A stretch of 64,000 bases of DNA from Octopus vulgaris (Eukaryota): NCBI GenBank assembly GCA_951406725.2, contig OX597814.1, forward strand, positions 177,692,001 through 177,756,000, written 5' to 3'. Each line of letters opens with the position of its first letter. The stretch's first letter is position 1. Below, piece by piece: positions 1 to 14,789 of this stretch. Made by a program: the position numbers and the translations under genes. The notes under the pieces were generated by a model. That model did no database searches and was not told the origin of the DNA. It worked only from the letters and a program-made list of their open reading frames with translations.

Positions 1-1084
1 CACAGCCACTCCTGACGTATACATATTTGACTGGGGCCATGCTGGAGCATTGCCTTTTAGCCGAAGAAATTGACCCTTAGACTTATTCTTTGTAAGCCTG
101 GTACTTATTCTGTCCGTCTCTTTTGCCGAACCGCTAAGCTATATATTGGTGATAAGTATAGGATTTCTCCAAACCTTTACCTGTGCAGTAGAAACATATG
201 TGGGTCTATTTAAAGTTGTATAAAAAAAGGAATTAAAGGTTATACTAATGCTACTTCGTAATAATCCTTAATTATATATATATGTGTGTGTGTATGTGTA
301 TATATGTATATTTGAGAGAGAGAGAAAGAGCTTTGTAAAAATTACTTGATATAATTTCGATAATTAGAAAAAAGATCTTAAAAAAAGTTATTACTATTTG
401 AAAAAGTATTTTATATAACAGAACAGCACTAATCCTTGTCGAAATAGTTTGTGTATAGTGTGTATTTTATTTCTCGTGTGCATTTTGTGTGTAAGCATTG
501 TTGTTGTTCAGCTTCTCAAACACACTTTCCGAGCTAATTGCACATAGAGAAAGTTGTTGTTTTTTGTTTTTGTAACGGTGTTAACTACTTCCGGTTTAGT
601 TCTGAATTAGATTCCTTATAAAGTTACAAGCAGTGACTTGTCGAAAATGTAAAAGCGCTGGACCGGATGCTCTGTAGTATTTGCTACGGCTCTTTACATT
701 TTGCGTTCAAATCCAGGCATGGTTTACATGCATGTTAGAATTACTTTATCACCCGGTTTAATACCACTACCTGGTAGAAATAAAAGCGTTCCTCCAAAGG
801 CAGAAATACACTTAAGGGTATATAAATCATGAAATAATCAAAGCATAGTCGTGCTAAGGTTATGGCATAAATATAAATATCATTTGTAGTCATGAATATT
901 CCATTTGTGGTCAGCCATACTGTGTAAGTGTGCTTGTGTTATGTGAGTACAAAAGAAGTTAAAATGAGTTAGAACGAATAGAGTTCCAAAGAATAAAGAA
1001 AATATATTTAAAGAATATTCGGAGTTTTCTTACATGCATCGTATTGAAGATGTTTAGTCAGTTTATACACCTGCACAAACAAAA

Positions 1085-1315
1085 GGCGGCGAGCTGGCAG
1101 AAATGTTAGAGCGGCGGGAGAAATGCCTAGCTGTATCTCGTCTGTCGTTACGTTCTGAGTTCAAATTCCGCCGAGGTCGGCTTTGCCTTTCATCCTTTCG
1201 GGGTCGATAAATAAAGTACCAGTTTCGCACTGAGGTCGATGTAATGGACTTAATCCCTTTGTCTGTCCGTGTTTGTCCCCTCTATGTTTAGTCCCTTGTG
1301 GGCAGTAAAGAAATA
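1085..1315 (+). mobile_element. tRNA-derived SINE, family A
   Basis: GGCGGCGAGCTGGCAGAA head (A box), GAGTTCAAATTCC B box, GCCTTTCATCCTTTCGGGGTCGATAAA core; many copies in the window. Confidence 0.85.
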
Positions 1316-2045
1316 TATACACAAGCAATAGGGCCTAGACAAACAAAGATTGAAATATAGAGACGCGGAAAGAGAGAGAGAGAGAAGGAAAGAGAGATGG
1401 TAGAAATAGAGGGAGGGAAGGGAATGGAGAGGGAAAGGGAGAGATATAGGGAAAAACAAATGCATACAGAGCGGCAGAAGTGGAGAAGGAGAAATGGAGA
1501 TTAGGTGTGTTGGTTGGGAGACTACTCGCATACACATAAACATTCGTACAATGTCACAAATACTAACACATGCAAACACAGACGCATATATATATCTATA
1601 TACACATACTGTTCGTATATTTCGAGGTTTATAGATAGTTACATTTAAAAAAAAAAAATTGTTTAAGTAGATGGAATTGTAATTCTGGTAATTGACGGCA
1701 TTATGAAGATGAGACGGTTTCATTTTAATGGTACAGGAGTGTTGTACTCTCTGAAATTACAACAATCCTTAAAAACACATTAAATGTATGTAATGTATTT
1801 CTGAAGAAACTTAACTTTATAGTTTAAAATGAAGGAAGACATGGGAATATTAAAGTGGAATTCCTTAAAAGGAAAAACGAAAAGAAAATATTTGTCTGAA
1901 TTTCTCGAAATAGCAGTTAATTCCTCCTCAAATCACACCTTTGCCAACTAAATTAGAATTTCACATGGAATCATCATCGTGTTCGTCCGTGGAACTTTAA
2001 AGAGGACTTAGGACAAAGTCAAATTGAATTAGGTGGTACTGAATG

Positions 2046-2461
2046 TACTCTCTTTTACTCTTTTACTTGTTTCAGTCATTTGACTGCGGCCATGCTGAAG
2101 CACCGACTTCAGTCTAGCAAATCGACTCCAGGACTTATTCTTTGTAAGCCTAGTACTAATTCTATCGGTCCCTATTGCCGAACCGCTAGGTTACGGGGAT
2201 GTAAACACACCAGCATCGGTTGTCAAGTTGGGGACAAACGGCTGGGGGGGGGGCAAACACAGACACACACATACATATGTATACATATATACATATATTC
2301 GACGGGCTTCTTTCAGTTTCCGTCTGCCAAATCCACTCACAAGGCTTTGCTCGGCCAGAGGCTATAGCAGAAGACACCTGCCCAAGGTGCCACGTAGTGG
2401 GACGGACTGAACCCAGAACCATGTGGTTGGTAAGCAAGCTACTTACCACAAAGCCACTCCT
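2046..2461 (-). mobile_element. tRNA-derived SINE, family B (with internal microsatellite)
   Basis: GGAGTGGCT.TGTGGTAAGTAGCTTGC head, GGTTC.GGGTTCAGTCC B box and (AAAAGAGT)n tail; homologous to 24007-24448 and 54164-54575. Confidence 0.85.
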
Positions 2462-2997
2462 ACGTACTGTTTAAATAAAAAAAATATGATGGTCGTGGCT
2501 GGAACGGAATACTTTGATTATAATTGATCGACTTCTTTGAGAAATGACCGAGGGTTAAACAGCAATAACAGCAAGAGCCAGCATCATCTGCAACAGCATA
2601 AGTAGCTCGAAAAGAAATTGCTTAGACCTCATGACACCCTAGTTATTTTACTTTAAAACAATATAAAGACACCCACTGAGAATTGTTACTCTTATATTTG
2701 CCACTGTGAATAAGATGATCGATTTTCAAACATTTTTTCATTACTTCAACTATTGAACCTAATGAAAACTCCAGACTGAGTGAGTTTCGTTGAAACTTCC
2801 CTTGCATTGAGCGCTAGTTAATCACACGTAATTTTCAAAGACAAATTTTTCAACCAATTCTTGATTTGAAATAGAATGAGAGGGGAAAAAAAAATAAGTG
2901 TCTTCTCTAGAGACACAACAAGAACGTTTGGTATGAATTCACAAAGCATTTCTCTCTTTATTGGCAGATATTTTTTTCACATGGCCAGTTCACCTCA

Positions 2998-3027
2998 ATA
3001 AAGCTAGTCTCGAAATGTATGTGTATG

Positions 3028-3061
<34 letters not shown>

Positions 3062-3079
3062 TTTCGAGACTAGCTTTAT
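2998..3079. repeat. Perfect 21-bp inverted repeat around a TA/CA microsatellite
   Basis: ATAAAGCTAGTCTCGAAATGT (2998-3018) / ACATTTCGAGACTAGCTTTAT (3059-3079). Confidence 0.85.
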
Positions 3080-3687
3080 ATATATACATACGTACATAAA
3101 CACATACATACATAGATATGTATATATCGAAGTAGTGTCAATGACCAGAATCTACACACTGCGGTACGATGAAAGAATGGTACTTAATAATGCATAATAC
3201 AATACTAGACTGGCTATAATGGTTTTCAATGTATCTGTTTTAATAAGTATAATGACTGTCTAATGATGAAGTTATTTAATATATATTATTCACCAAATGG
3301 AAGCTGCGTCAGTTTCGTAGGCGATTATTTGAGGTGATAGATTATTTTGAGTAACTCCTCGGGTGCATTTTCAGTAGACAAATGCACCTTTAACTTAATT
3401 TTCACATAATTGCCAATATGATAGATTATGTGACAACGCTGGCTTTGTGATTTGCAGGTACAATCTATCCGATGTGCTCCAGCGCAGTAAAACGTTATAT
3501 ATAATAAGTACAGGCATTGTAAAACGTCATATGTAACAGGCACAGGCATAACTGTGTGGTAAGCAAGTTGCTTCCGAACCGCATGGTTCTGTGTTCAATT
3601 CCATTACCTGGCAACTTGGGGAGGAGTCTTCCGCACAGCCTCATCTTTTTGTTTTTTCATCACCTCTAATATATGGTTTTAGCTTAA

Positions 3688-4270
3688 GGCGCTGAGCTGG
3701 TGGAATTGTTAAAACGCTGGGCAAAATGCTTAAAGCTGTCTCACCTGTCTTCGTGTTCTGAGTTTAAATTCCGTCCAGGTGGACTTAGTATTTTATTCTT
3801 TCAGGGTCGATAAAATCAGTACACTGCGATCGTAACAATCGATTTAAGTACACCCCAAAACTGCTAGCCTTGTGCTAAAATTTCGAACCAATATTAGATT
3901 TTAGCTTCACCGAGGTCGACTTTGCTTTTCATCCATTAGGGGTCGATAAAACAAATATCAGTTGAGCACAGGGATCGATGTGATCGATTTACCTTCTGCC
4001 CTAAAATCACTTGCTTTGCGCCAAAACTTGAATTAAATATTGATTTTATCTTAAGGAGATCAGCTGGCAGAATCGTTAAAAAGCTGGGTAAAATATTTTG
4101 TGGCATTTTGTCTATCTTTGCGTTTGCTGCTTAAATTTCTCAGAGGATGGATTTGTCTTTCATCCTGTCTGAGTCGATAAAATAAGTACCAGTTGAGTCC
4201 TGGAGTAAACGTCATCGTTTTACACCTTTCCCAGAACTTGATGGCCTTGTGCCAAAATTGAAACCAATTT
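3688..4270 (+). mobile_element. Cluster of three degenerate family-A SINE copies in tandem
   Basis: Repeated heads/cores at ~3688, ~3908 and ~4055. Confidence 0.7.
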
Positions 4271-5334
4271 TTAGCTTTTAATTGTCCATCTACTAAGTAA
4301 GCTGATGCTCACTAATATAATGTACGACTGTGGAAATCCATAGGGGATTACTTCAAATAATTACATCATAGTAAGTTAAATATTTACTGTGATTCTTACA
4401 ATTGCACACATACACACGTACAACACACAATTTCTGTCACAAATATAATTTTATTAGATTATATGTCCTAAGAACAATTATCTGTTAGTGTGTCCGCTAT
4501 AGACACACATTTACATCAGTGATTAACTGTCACTTATTGACATAGTGGTTCGTGACCGAGCATAGATCTATTAAGAGTTTCCTGCAGACTCATTAGATTC
4601 TCACATAGAATGGTTTGTGTTATTTGATCAGATTTTCTGTGCTTTGAGTTCAAATCCCGTCGACGTCAACTTTTCTTTTCTTTATTTTTGTGTTAATAAA
4701 AATTGTTATTCCAAGGAGGTGACTTGTCGAAAATGTAAGAACGCTGGACCAGATGCTCTGTAGTATTTGTTACTGTTCTTTACATTTTGCGTTCAAATCC
4801 AGCCATGGTTTACATGGATGTTAGGCTTACTTTATCACCCAGGTTTAATACCACCACCTGGTGTCTCAGGTGCTTCTAGTGGATCTGATTTCTACTCGGA
4901 GAATGACTTCCCCACTCCTATCTCCAGTCTTGGAGGCCCTGTAGCTGACCCTGGGTACTGACTTACCCAACCAAAAGATAAAAAGATATATATATATATA
5001 GAGAGATAGATATCGCTCAAATCTGCATTTTGGAAGTTTTATCAAATTGTTAAACGACTCAATGGCGTAATATTTATGCAGTCACTCGGTCTGTTAGAAT
5101 CTTCCAAATTATAACAATGACTAAAAAGATAAAGAAATCATTGGACAACACAATCTGGGACAAACAAACATGCTTGATAGTTACGGTGAAAGGCCTTTGA
5201 TCATAGATCGAATCTTTCAAAGCTTATATGGATGTTAAGCTCAAAATAATGTAACTGTGGCCATATAAATCTTTCTTAAATAATCATATATATATTAGTG
5301 CTGATTATAATTATTTTATGAATACATGTTATTA

Positions 5335-5812
5335 CATAGAAAAATACGAACATGAAAAGTCATATTCTTAAGATTATAAACGTGGAAAAGTACAGGACAA
5401 GTTATTACACCTGTAAAAGTATAGGACAAGCTATTACATCTTGTAAGGTAAAGAAAAATACACTTTTTTAAAAATTTATCACTCAACAGTTCTCATCTTT
5501 GAAATATATTGTACAAAACTGTTCAGCTAATTTGTAAGTTTGTCTAATTAGTCATTTTTTCTGTATTTAAGGTAGTCAATTAGCCGAATTCTACTTAAAT
5601 AATTATAGTGTTATTTGTAAACTATAATAAGATAAGTTTCAATATTCAAATGTTAATTAAAGTTGCAATATTTTGAGAAAAATGTTTCTAATTCTTTACT
5701 TTACTAGAGGTAATAGCTTGTTCTATACTTTTACATGTGTAATAACTCGTCCTGTACTTTTCCAGGTTTATAATCTTAACAATATGACTTTTCATGCTCG
5801 CATTTTTCCATG
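5335..5812. mobile_element. Foldback / MITE-like element with ~140-bp imperfect terminal inverted repeats
   Basis: 5335-~5477 is the reverse complement of ~5668-5812 (catgaaaagtcatatt..ggaaaagtacaggac..ttattacac..gtaaaagtatag..caagctattac). Confidence 0.75.
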
Positions 5813-6522
5813 AAATCCATGACTTTTCCAGACATTGCTGTTATAAGATAATTAATGATGTGTCAATTAATAATTTTAAATGTTACCTTATAAAATACTG
5901 AAAGATAATATTTCAAGTTTTGCATGTTAGTGATGATATTTCAATTATTTTCGTGTTTAATTTAAATATATTTTGTGATTGAATTATTTGACATTACCCA
6001 TCCACACCAAATTAATGGCAGGGGTTTTTACCTTATTGTTAGTTGCACCATGGTTCACCAAAAGTTACAAACAAGAAAACCCCAAAACCATCAGTTATCA
6101 ATATTAGGAGGTCACAGGAATTCATTCAACGAAAAAATTGCAATGATTCCAGGATTGGGAGGGAACCCCACCCCACCTCATTTTTCAGAACCAGAATGAG
6201 GGATTTGCAGTACATTAGGAAGTCAGGGTACTTGACTCCACGCAAAAAATCAATTTTTTTCCCTAGTGAAAATCGTGTTAATATAGAAATTGACCATAAT
6301 GTTATTTAGCCTCAAATAAACCCTGATACTGCAAACGTATCATCAGAGATATTCCAGCCTTCAGCAAACAGTTTTTTAGGGATAATCTAGGACATTACAT
6401 ACAATGGGCGTTTGATTTAGGTAGCAGGATACTTTGGCTGCTCTTTTAAGCGTGTCGAGCGACCAGGTAGAGGCTCTTTCATTGGTTCGATTGCGTGATG
6501 AGATTTTTTACACATATATGTA

Positions 6523-6574
<52 letters not shown>

Positions 6575-9411
6575 TTGGCAGAAGTTAGAGAGTAAGTCAA
6601 AAGATGAGAGTTTCGTGTATTGGTACTTATCAAAGACAAATTTGTCCATTGTCAGTGTGTAACTTCTGACGAAATAACTTCTAAGCTACAAAATTTTGTC
6701 AAAAACGTTAAGAGTAAACCCTGTTCTATGTGACACATTCTACCAGTATCGCAAGTTTGAAAGTGTTTAGTTAAATAATTAAATAATATGCACGTCAAAG
6801 TCGACTTCGACGAAATTTGAACTAAGAAACGTTAAGACAGACGAAATAATGTTAAGCATTTCCCCCGGCGCACCAGTGCGCCGCCTTAGTAAGTAAACAT
6901 TCATTTTAGAAATATATTCTTTATTCTTATTGCTTAAGCGTTACTCCCTTACTTCCTTAATTACCGACATGAAATTTCGTAACATTTTACCTCCTAACTG
7001 ATTTTTGTTCAATACGACTAGTGATTCTGAATTCCTCATGCAGTTTTCCATCATTTAAGCCAAAGAAAGGTATACGTTTAATTTAAAATTTTTAAAAATC
7101 ATGTTAATTGAAGATGAATATCTACCTTACTGCCCCCCTTGAGGTCGCATATATTTGATGTAACTTTTTTTCAACTGAACCAAATTTCAAGTAATTCATG
7201 CCAAATCTCAAACAATTTATGCCAAAGTGTAGCTGAGGAGGTGTCCTCTTTAAAACTATTAACAATTTGCAATTTAGTTGAGAACTGAATTAGTGGTGAA
7301 GCTTGGAAACTGCTACAATTGACGAAATGGTGGACTTAAGAATATGTTCAACCGTGGTTGAATCATAGCTAATTTTGTGTAATGATATGAATAGGATTCA
7401 ATAGATCATCAGAAATTGTGCGAAACATTGAATTCTGTTGAACTGAAGTCTGAATTTCAGTGTGACAGTTTATTTCATCATTTATTTTTTCGTAGAATGA
7501 ATATATCAGATCAAGTTATAAAAAATTGGAGAACTTATAAAGTATCACCCCCAGGTCTCCAATTAAAAAAATATGTAAATAAAAGGTATCAACAATACAT
7601 TATCTATCTATCTATCTACCTATCTATCTATCTATCTATCTATATTTACATATATAATATTTCTATTTCACTTTTAACATAGGTTTGGAAAAGTAGACTA
7701 CTTCTGGCCTAAGTGGTACTATAAATCAATGTGGTTTAACAGCACGGGTTTAATTTGAAAAGTTTGCAATTATAGGTTTGAATGGTACGGTAATTCATAC
7801 AGATAAATGTAATCATTTTCAATTACAACACATTAATAGAAAACAAGTTGTGAGTTAATCCCCTGACAGAAATAGTGTTGTACATATGTTCATGAAATAT
7901 AGTTCTTTTTGTGTCACTCGTGTACTGCGAAGAGAAAGCCGTTTCTTTTGATTTGAAAGAAAGAATATTGTCATAAAATAGTTTACAGCTTCGTAGAATA
8001 TGAGATGCGGCAAATTTGGTAACCCTTTCAAATTCAACGTGTTTTGTAAAGACAAGCTGAAGTTAAAGAACAACAAAGCAACAACAAAGAGAGAGCGAAA
8101 CAGAGAGATTATGTGAGAGAGAGAGGGAGAATTTGTGAGAGAAAAAGAAGGAGTAGAGGGTAACAAAGAAAGAGAGATGGGGGGGGGGGTCGGACAGCTA
8201 AATAGCAGAAAAATAAAGAAACCAGACAATTGTGATTTCGATTCTAAATGTATAAGATCTTGCCTGTGATATAATGCACTCTCATTTGGTCTAATAAATC
8301 AATGAAAGACGGCTGACTAACATAAATTCATTTAGCTGCATAACACTCGCTATATTAGGCATTTAAAGAATAAATCCTATATAAAAGATGTAGGAATTGT
8401 CTTCCCAGTGTGCCTTTAGACATGGGAAGCTGGTAGTCACTTTGGATTCTGAATTCTTCAGAGTTTCGGAGATGGCTTGACTAATGTTTTAGCTTAAATA
8501 ATTAATCCTAAAGAGGGACTGTGAGCAATTTGTACTGCAAATGGTTTCAAAGTGTATAATTGTATAAGGAATTCGATGACCCTTAGGCTCTCATCTATAT
8601 TATATCTGAAATGAAGGTATTCAAAATTACGAGATAGGAGAAAATGTAGCTGGATTATATAATTCTGATAATTTGCTATACATTTCTTAGCAGATATTGC
8701 AGTGCAAATTATACCTGTGCCTGACAGACATTTAGAAGCACTTCTATTCGTCAAGATCTCGTCGCCATCTTCTTGCTTAGTTTATAATATTTTATATTCA
8801 GCTAGCGATCGCTTTATAGAGTATACACACACACACACACATGCAGAAATCCCAACACGCCCAATACTCCACACAAACGCACGCACACGCCTACACACAT
8901 GTCCGTTTAAGCTGATTCACACATTCATACAAACATCTACGATAGCACAGATATCCAAGATAATATAACATTTACGTAATTCACACAAGAGTACTATGTA
9001 ACTAATATTCATTCTTTACACCCAAGCGTGTGCAGAGGCGTGCACAATTGCACCTGCGTGCCCACACATACACGCACACAAACATCTATACCAATATACA
9101 CTTAGGCATTAATTCAAGAAAACGCAAATGTACACATACACGCAAACAAATATACATGTAGTCATGTGAAGTATTACTGCTCAAGATGGAGCCCCCAACG
9201 ACCGATTTTCCAACATTCCGTATTTGCTTAATATATAAGGGATTGATCAATGGTCACACTTTCAGTTACCACATGCATACATACATACATACATACATAC
9301 ATGCACACACATATGCATGCATACATACATACATAAACACATGCATACATACATACATACATACATACATACATACATACATACATACATACATACATAC
9401 ATGTATATAGT

Positions 9412-9790
9412 GAAGGTGTGTACTTGTAGTTAGTGTATTCGGCTTAATTTCGTAAGGACGTGAGTTCGATCTTCGGCGGGGTCACGTTGTACCCTTAAGA
9501 ATGTATTTCCCTTTCCTCCAGTTCACTCAACTGATACAAATGAAAAATACCTGTAATTCAAAGTGCTAGCCTTGTCACATTTCGAGTCACGATGAATCTC
9601 TTTGAGAACTATGTCAAGGATAAACGTATCACATTCTGAGTCACGGTGAATCTCTTTGAGAACTATGTCAAGGATAAACATCTGAGGATTGCTCAGCCAC
9701 TTGCACGTTAATTTCATGAGCAGGCTGTTCAGTTGATTTGATCAGATCACCTGGAACACTATCGACTTAACCGACAAAGTACCAATGGCT
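9412..9790 (+). mobile_element. tRNA-derived SINE, family C, with an internal ~54-bp tandem duplication (9575-9679)
   Basis: TGAAGG.. head and GAGTTCGAT B box; related to 19316-19655 and to partial copies at 20313-20406 and 48380-48520. Confidence 0.6.
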
Positions 9791-10671
9791 TGTATATATG
9801 TATAACATATATATACGCACATTTATATGTTTGTATGAATGCATCTCGTTCTCTATATATATGTATATAGATGTATATACAATCAAACATACATACATAT
9901 ATACATGCACATATACATCATTACATCCATTATAATATATCAAATGTTTGATAAAGAATCAAGAAATACATGGACATGAAATGATGCAATTTACTTATAC
10001 ATCGAGTACCTAAACCAATTACTTACGAAATATCATTATGTTGTATGCTTATATTTTCATTTCTTGTCATTTATTCTATTTTAAGCATGTCCTCTAGCTA
10101 TGAACATTGGTTTCAGTTAAGCACAAGCGTAATTAATTGCAAAAACCTGCAGTCTAACTGACTTAACCCCTTTACATTATTTATCTTAAGTGGTTTCGAT
10201 ACGCTGTTCCTTCTGGTTTCGAAGCATACAGAATTATTTCAATACTTATTAACTTACTTATAAGATGGATTGCTATTTTATATCACGATTTCTATAATAG
10301 AAACGCAGATGAACAAATCAATAGAACGAGTGAGAGAATATATGGTAGCGTTTATTTATATGCCAATACATATTGAGTTCAGATCCCACCAAAAGCATTT
10401 CATCATTCTGGATCTGATAAAATAAGTAGTTTTCAAATAACAGGGTTAGTATTATCAACCATACCCACTTGTCATAATTGGAACCCTCATGCCTTTCTAA
10501 GAATTTTGTATACTTTTAGAGTCCATCTATTGGAGGAAGAGCAGATACATATTTTAAATAAAACGTGCATAAGAATTAAGAGAAAATAAATATCTCATAA
10601 CGCTCAAACGGTTCCTGGTTGAACATCTTCAAGAAATTCCAGATAAACCTCCAACATCCGGATATATCTCT

Positions 10672-10901
10672 TATTTCTTTATTGCCCACATGGGGCTAAA
10701 CATAGAGTGAACAAACAAGGACAGACAAAGGTATTAACTCGCTTACATCGACCCCAGTGAGTAACTGGTTTTCAATTTATCGACCCCGAAAGGATGAAAG
10801 GCAAAGTCGACCTCGGCGGAATTTGAACTCAGAACGTAACGGCAGACGAAATACCGCTAAGCATTTCGCCCAGCGTGATAACGATTCTGCCAGCTCGCGC
10901 C
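10672..10901 (-). mobile_element. Family-A SINE with target-site duplication
   Basis: Full head and core; TSD GGATATATCTCT at 10660-10671 and 10902-10913. Confidence 0.9.
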
Positions 10902-12674
10902 GGATATATCTCTGCAAGTAATAACTCTTTACACCAACTTGCTATCGTGCCCAAAGTATGACTATAATATGCAACATCACTAAATGTCTTTTCAACGTGG
11001 TGCTATTAAATTTGTCATGGTCTGGGGTAATTCTGGCCGAAACGTATTGAGATATACACACACACAAACGCACTCGCACACACTTCTGCATTTACATGTA
11101 TATAGACATCTATATATATATATATATATTATTTATCAGACGAAGGTCGAAGTCTTTTATAGGTTCCTAGTACAGTGCTCTGTTGAGAGTTTAACTCCAG
11201 CCATCTTAGCTTTTCTAGATGTAAATATAAATTGTTTTTTCAATGGTTGTTAGAGCTTAAATAGAGGAAACTCACAAGGTTGTGATCATGTAGAGATGAT
11301 AGAGAGCAATTTGAAATGCTGCCCCAACAGAACCCGTAGAGAATTTGCATACACGAATTATTTCTAGCACTCTATCGCCGGGTTTTAGATTAAGAAAGAA
11401 GCTGGTCTTTTAACGTAAGATATGTTTATATTTTCAATGGCGGGGTTTCCTCTAATTTTTAATTACAGTCATAAATCTGGTTTATAATAATTGCTCGATA
11501 TTGGCCGGTATATCAATATCCTAAAAATAATCAATTCAAAGAAAAAAAAAACTATAAATAAATTAAAGTGTAATACGCCCAATGAAGAAATTCGATTTGC
11601 AAGAATGCAAAGGAAATACTTACTCACACATACAGATACACGCACGTACACACACACTCCTGTTCACACACATATAGATGTAAACGCGTATATGGATCCA
11701 AATACCACATATAGGTACAGGCAGATGCATGGACAGATACAAACGGACAAATACTCATATCTATCAACTAATCAATCCGTCAATCAGTCAATCAATCATC
11801 CAATTAAGCTTCTTCTGTCTTTCCGTCTCTCTCTCTCCCGCTCTCTATCTCTCTGTCTAAGTCAACTAGTCAAGAGACATGATAGAGCTCAATTTTGACG
11901 AAGGACGATATATTTACTATATTCCGTATAATCCAACCATGGACATACAGATCAACACTTGATTTCATTTGAAATTGGTGTTTTTATTATTTTTCTCTTG
12001 TATCAATTAATGAGCATAATCTCATTCCTCCTCACTCTTCTATCCCTTACTCTCGATGATTACACTGGATAGGTATTATCGTCTTTGTTTTCATTTTGGC
12101 CGATATTTCGAGTGGCAGTGGTACTAAGCCTTCTGTGTAGGCTTTACTTGAAAAATGAAACCAATGGTAGCCTGCAGTACTTTAGACTCGTTTCAACCGA
12201 ACATATTCACGCACACGTACATGTACACATGTGTGTGTATGTGTGAGTTTGTATTTGGGTATATGTGTGGCCGTTGGTGTGTATGTAGATAATTCGGATT
12301 TCGCAATACTATGAATTGAAACGAAGCGTAAAGCTACTCAATAATATTAGGTTGAGTATAGAAATATTATTTATTCGGTGTAAAATGCTTTTGGTTGTTT
12401 CTCGGTTACGGTCCTCAAACGGTTTTGTACCTAGTCGTATGAAGGATAGAAACTTGCATCACCAATGGTGGCGTTTAAGATTCAGTTCTGAAGGGTCGTT
12501 CTATATGCTGTTTGTTTTGTTTTCCATTTGTGTCTTTCGTTGTTCAAAAGAATAGGTCATGTTCCATGTACTTGTGCTTCGTACTTTTTTGTAGATGTTT
12601 CGTGACGTCCTGTGCCTACATATGCATATATATATATATAGATACACACATGTATATACATAAATATAAATGTG

Positions 12675-12731
<57 letters not shown>

Positions 12732-13428
12732 TATATTATTATATGATTGAACGCCACGCATCCTCTTCCAAGAAAGTTATACACACACACACACACTCAC
12801 AAAATACACACATGTACATATATATGTAGTGTGTGTGTGTATAGATTTCTCAATACAGGTGTTGTTATAAGATAGAGGTTCGTTATCCGTGTGTACATAT
12901 GTTCCTGTGTTTGTTTGTGCACGTCTGTATTGGTGTGTTTATGTAAAAAAAAACATTTTTCAAATACATATCAGAATATCAAATACTATAGTGCAATGTG
13001 AAGAAGAACGAAAGATGAAAGATAAATAAAAAAAGTATGTTACGCCAGCCAGAAAAGAAAATGGCGATAGATAAGAAAAGGAAAGAGAACGAATGTTTTC
13101 AAAAAAAAAACAAAAAACGCTGAAAAAAGGAAGACGGATAGGTTTGGAAGGAGACACAATAGTAGTACATTAGTGGTATGAAAATCAGATTTGGACATGA
13201 AGAAATACATCACAGTCGTATTCTACATGGTATCGGTTTTATTATAGTTAAAGCTTGCGAATGGCCTGTCAGAATGTCAGCACACATCACACTCATAAGA
13301 TCACAATGACCGGCAGCAGGTTTATCGATAAATTCCACAATAAAAGCTAAGTTTTATGGACAGATGTTGTCCGAGAAAGCGAACGATGAAAATACGAAAG
13401 AAACTACACAAATGATGAAATAACGCAC

Positions 13429-13572
13429 TAATAATAATAATAATAGTAATAATAATAATAGTAATAGTATTAATAATAGTAATAATAGTAATGATAATAA
13501 TAATAATAATAATAATAAAAATAATAGTAATAATAATGATAATAATAGTATTAATAATAGTAATAATAGTAA

Positions 13573-13610
<38 letters not shown>

Positions 13611-13643
13611 GATAATAATAGTATAATAATAGTAATAATAATA

Positions 13644-13705
<62 letters not shown>

Positions 13706-13798
13706 GTAGTATTAATAATAATAATAGAAATAATAATGATAATAATAGTATTAATAATAGTAATGATAATAATGATGATAATAATAATAATAATAATA

Positions 13799-13857
<59 letters not shown>

Positions 13858-13880
13858 AGATAATAATACAGATAATAACT
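13429..13880. repeat. (AAT)n microsatellite
   Basis: Direct reading. Confidence 0.95.
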
Positions 13881-14740
13881 ACAAGCAAACAGTTGTTTTG
13901 GAATCAGTGTACGGAACCATCGACATGATTCTTTCTCATGCAGATCATTATGATAATCTGAAAGAATGCCAAATAAAACAACAACAAATCATACATCTCT
14001 GCAAATACAATAATGCCAAATATGTATCTACGTAGTCGATCGATTTGCTAGATATACCAATACATTTTCTCTCTCGAATCATATCTATATAAACATAAAA
14101 AGAGGATGCGTTGAATAGTGTAGACCCACGTACACAATTCTTCAAAAGGAAAAAACGTTTGACTCTGTCATAGTTAGAATGTATATATAAATAGATATGT
14201 TGATCAGAGCCAGGTAGATCTATCAATAACAAAAGCAGTAGCAGCAGCCATGGCATTAAACGTAGCAGAAAGAAAAATAACATCGAGAGTAACAACAATC
14301 CAATGAACTGCTTGAACTATCTAGAAAGAAACTATCCATCGAAGCTCAGGGTAGCATCTGAAGAGAGGGGGAACGTTAGACAATGAAGTCTATGTAAATA
14401 TATATATATATATATTCTTTTAAATTTCTTCTTGTACATGTTTCAGTTACTTGACTGAGGCCATGCTGTAGCACCCTCACCATATACATGTATACGCATG
14501 CATATATATGTATAAGTATATATATATAAAAGTATATTTTTATATATGTATAACTATATATATATATACGCTATATATATATACATATGAAAGTATATTT
14601 TTATATATGTATAACTATATATATATATATGTTATATATATATACATATATATATATGTTATATATATATATATACATATATATACATATAAAATTATAT
14701 TTTTATATTTGTATAACTATATATATATATGTTATATGAA

Positions 14741-14789
<49 letters not shown>

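Noticed and set aside
1085-1175. tRNA gene
   Set aside because: The A/B boxes belong to a SINE head; there is no complete cloverleaf and there are many degenerate copies.
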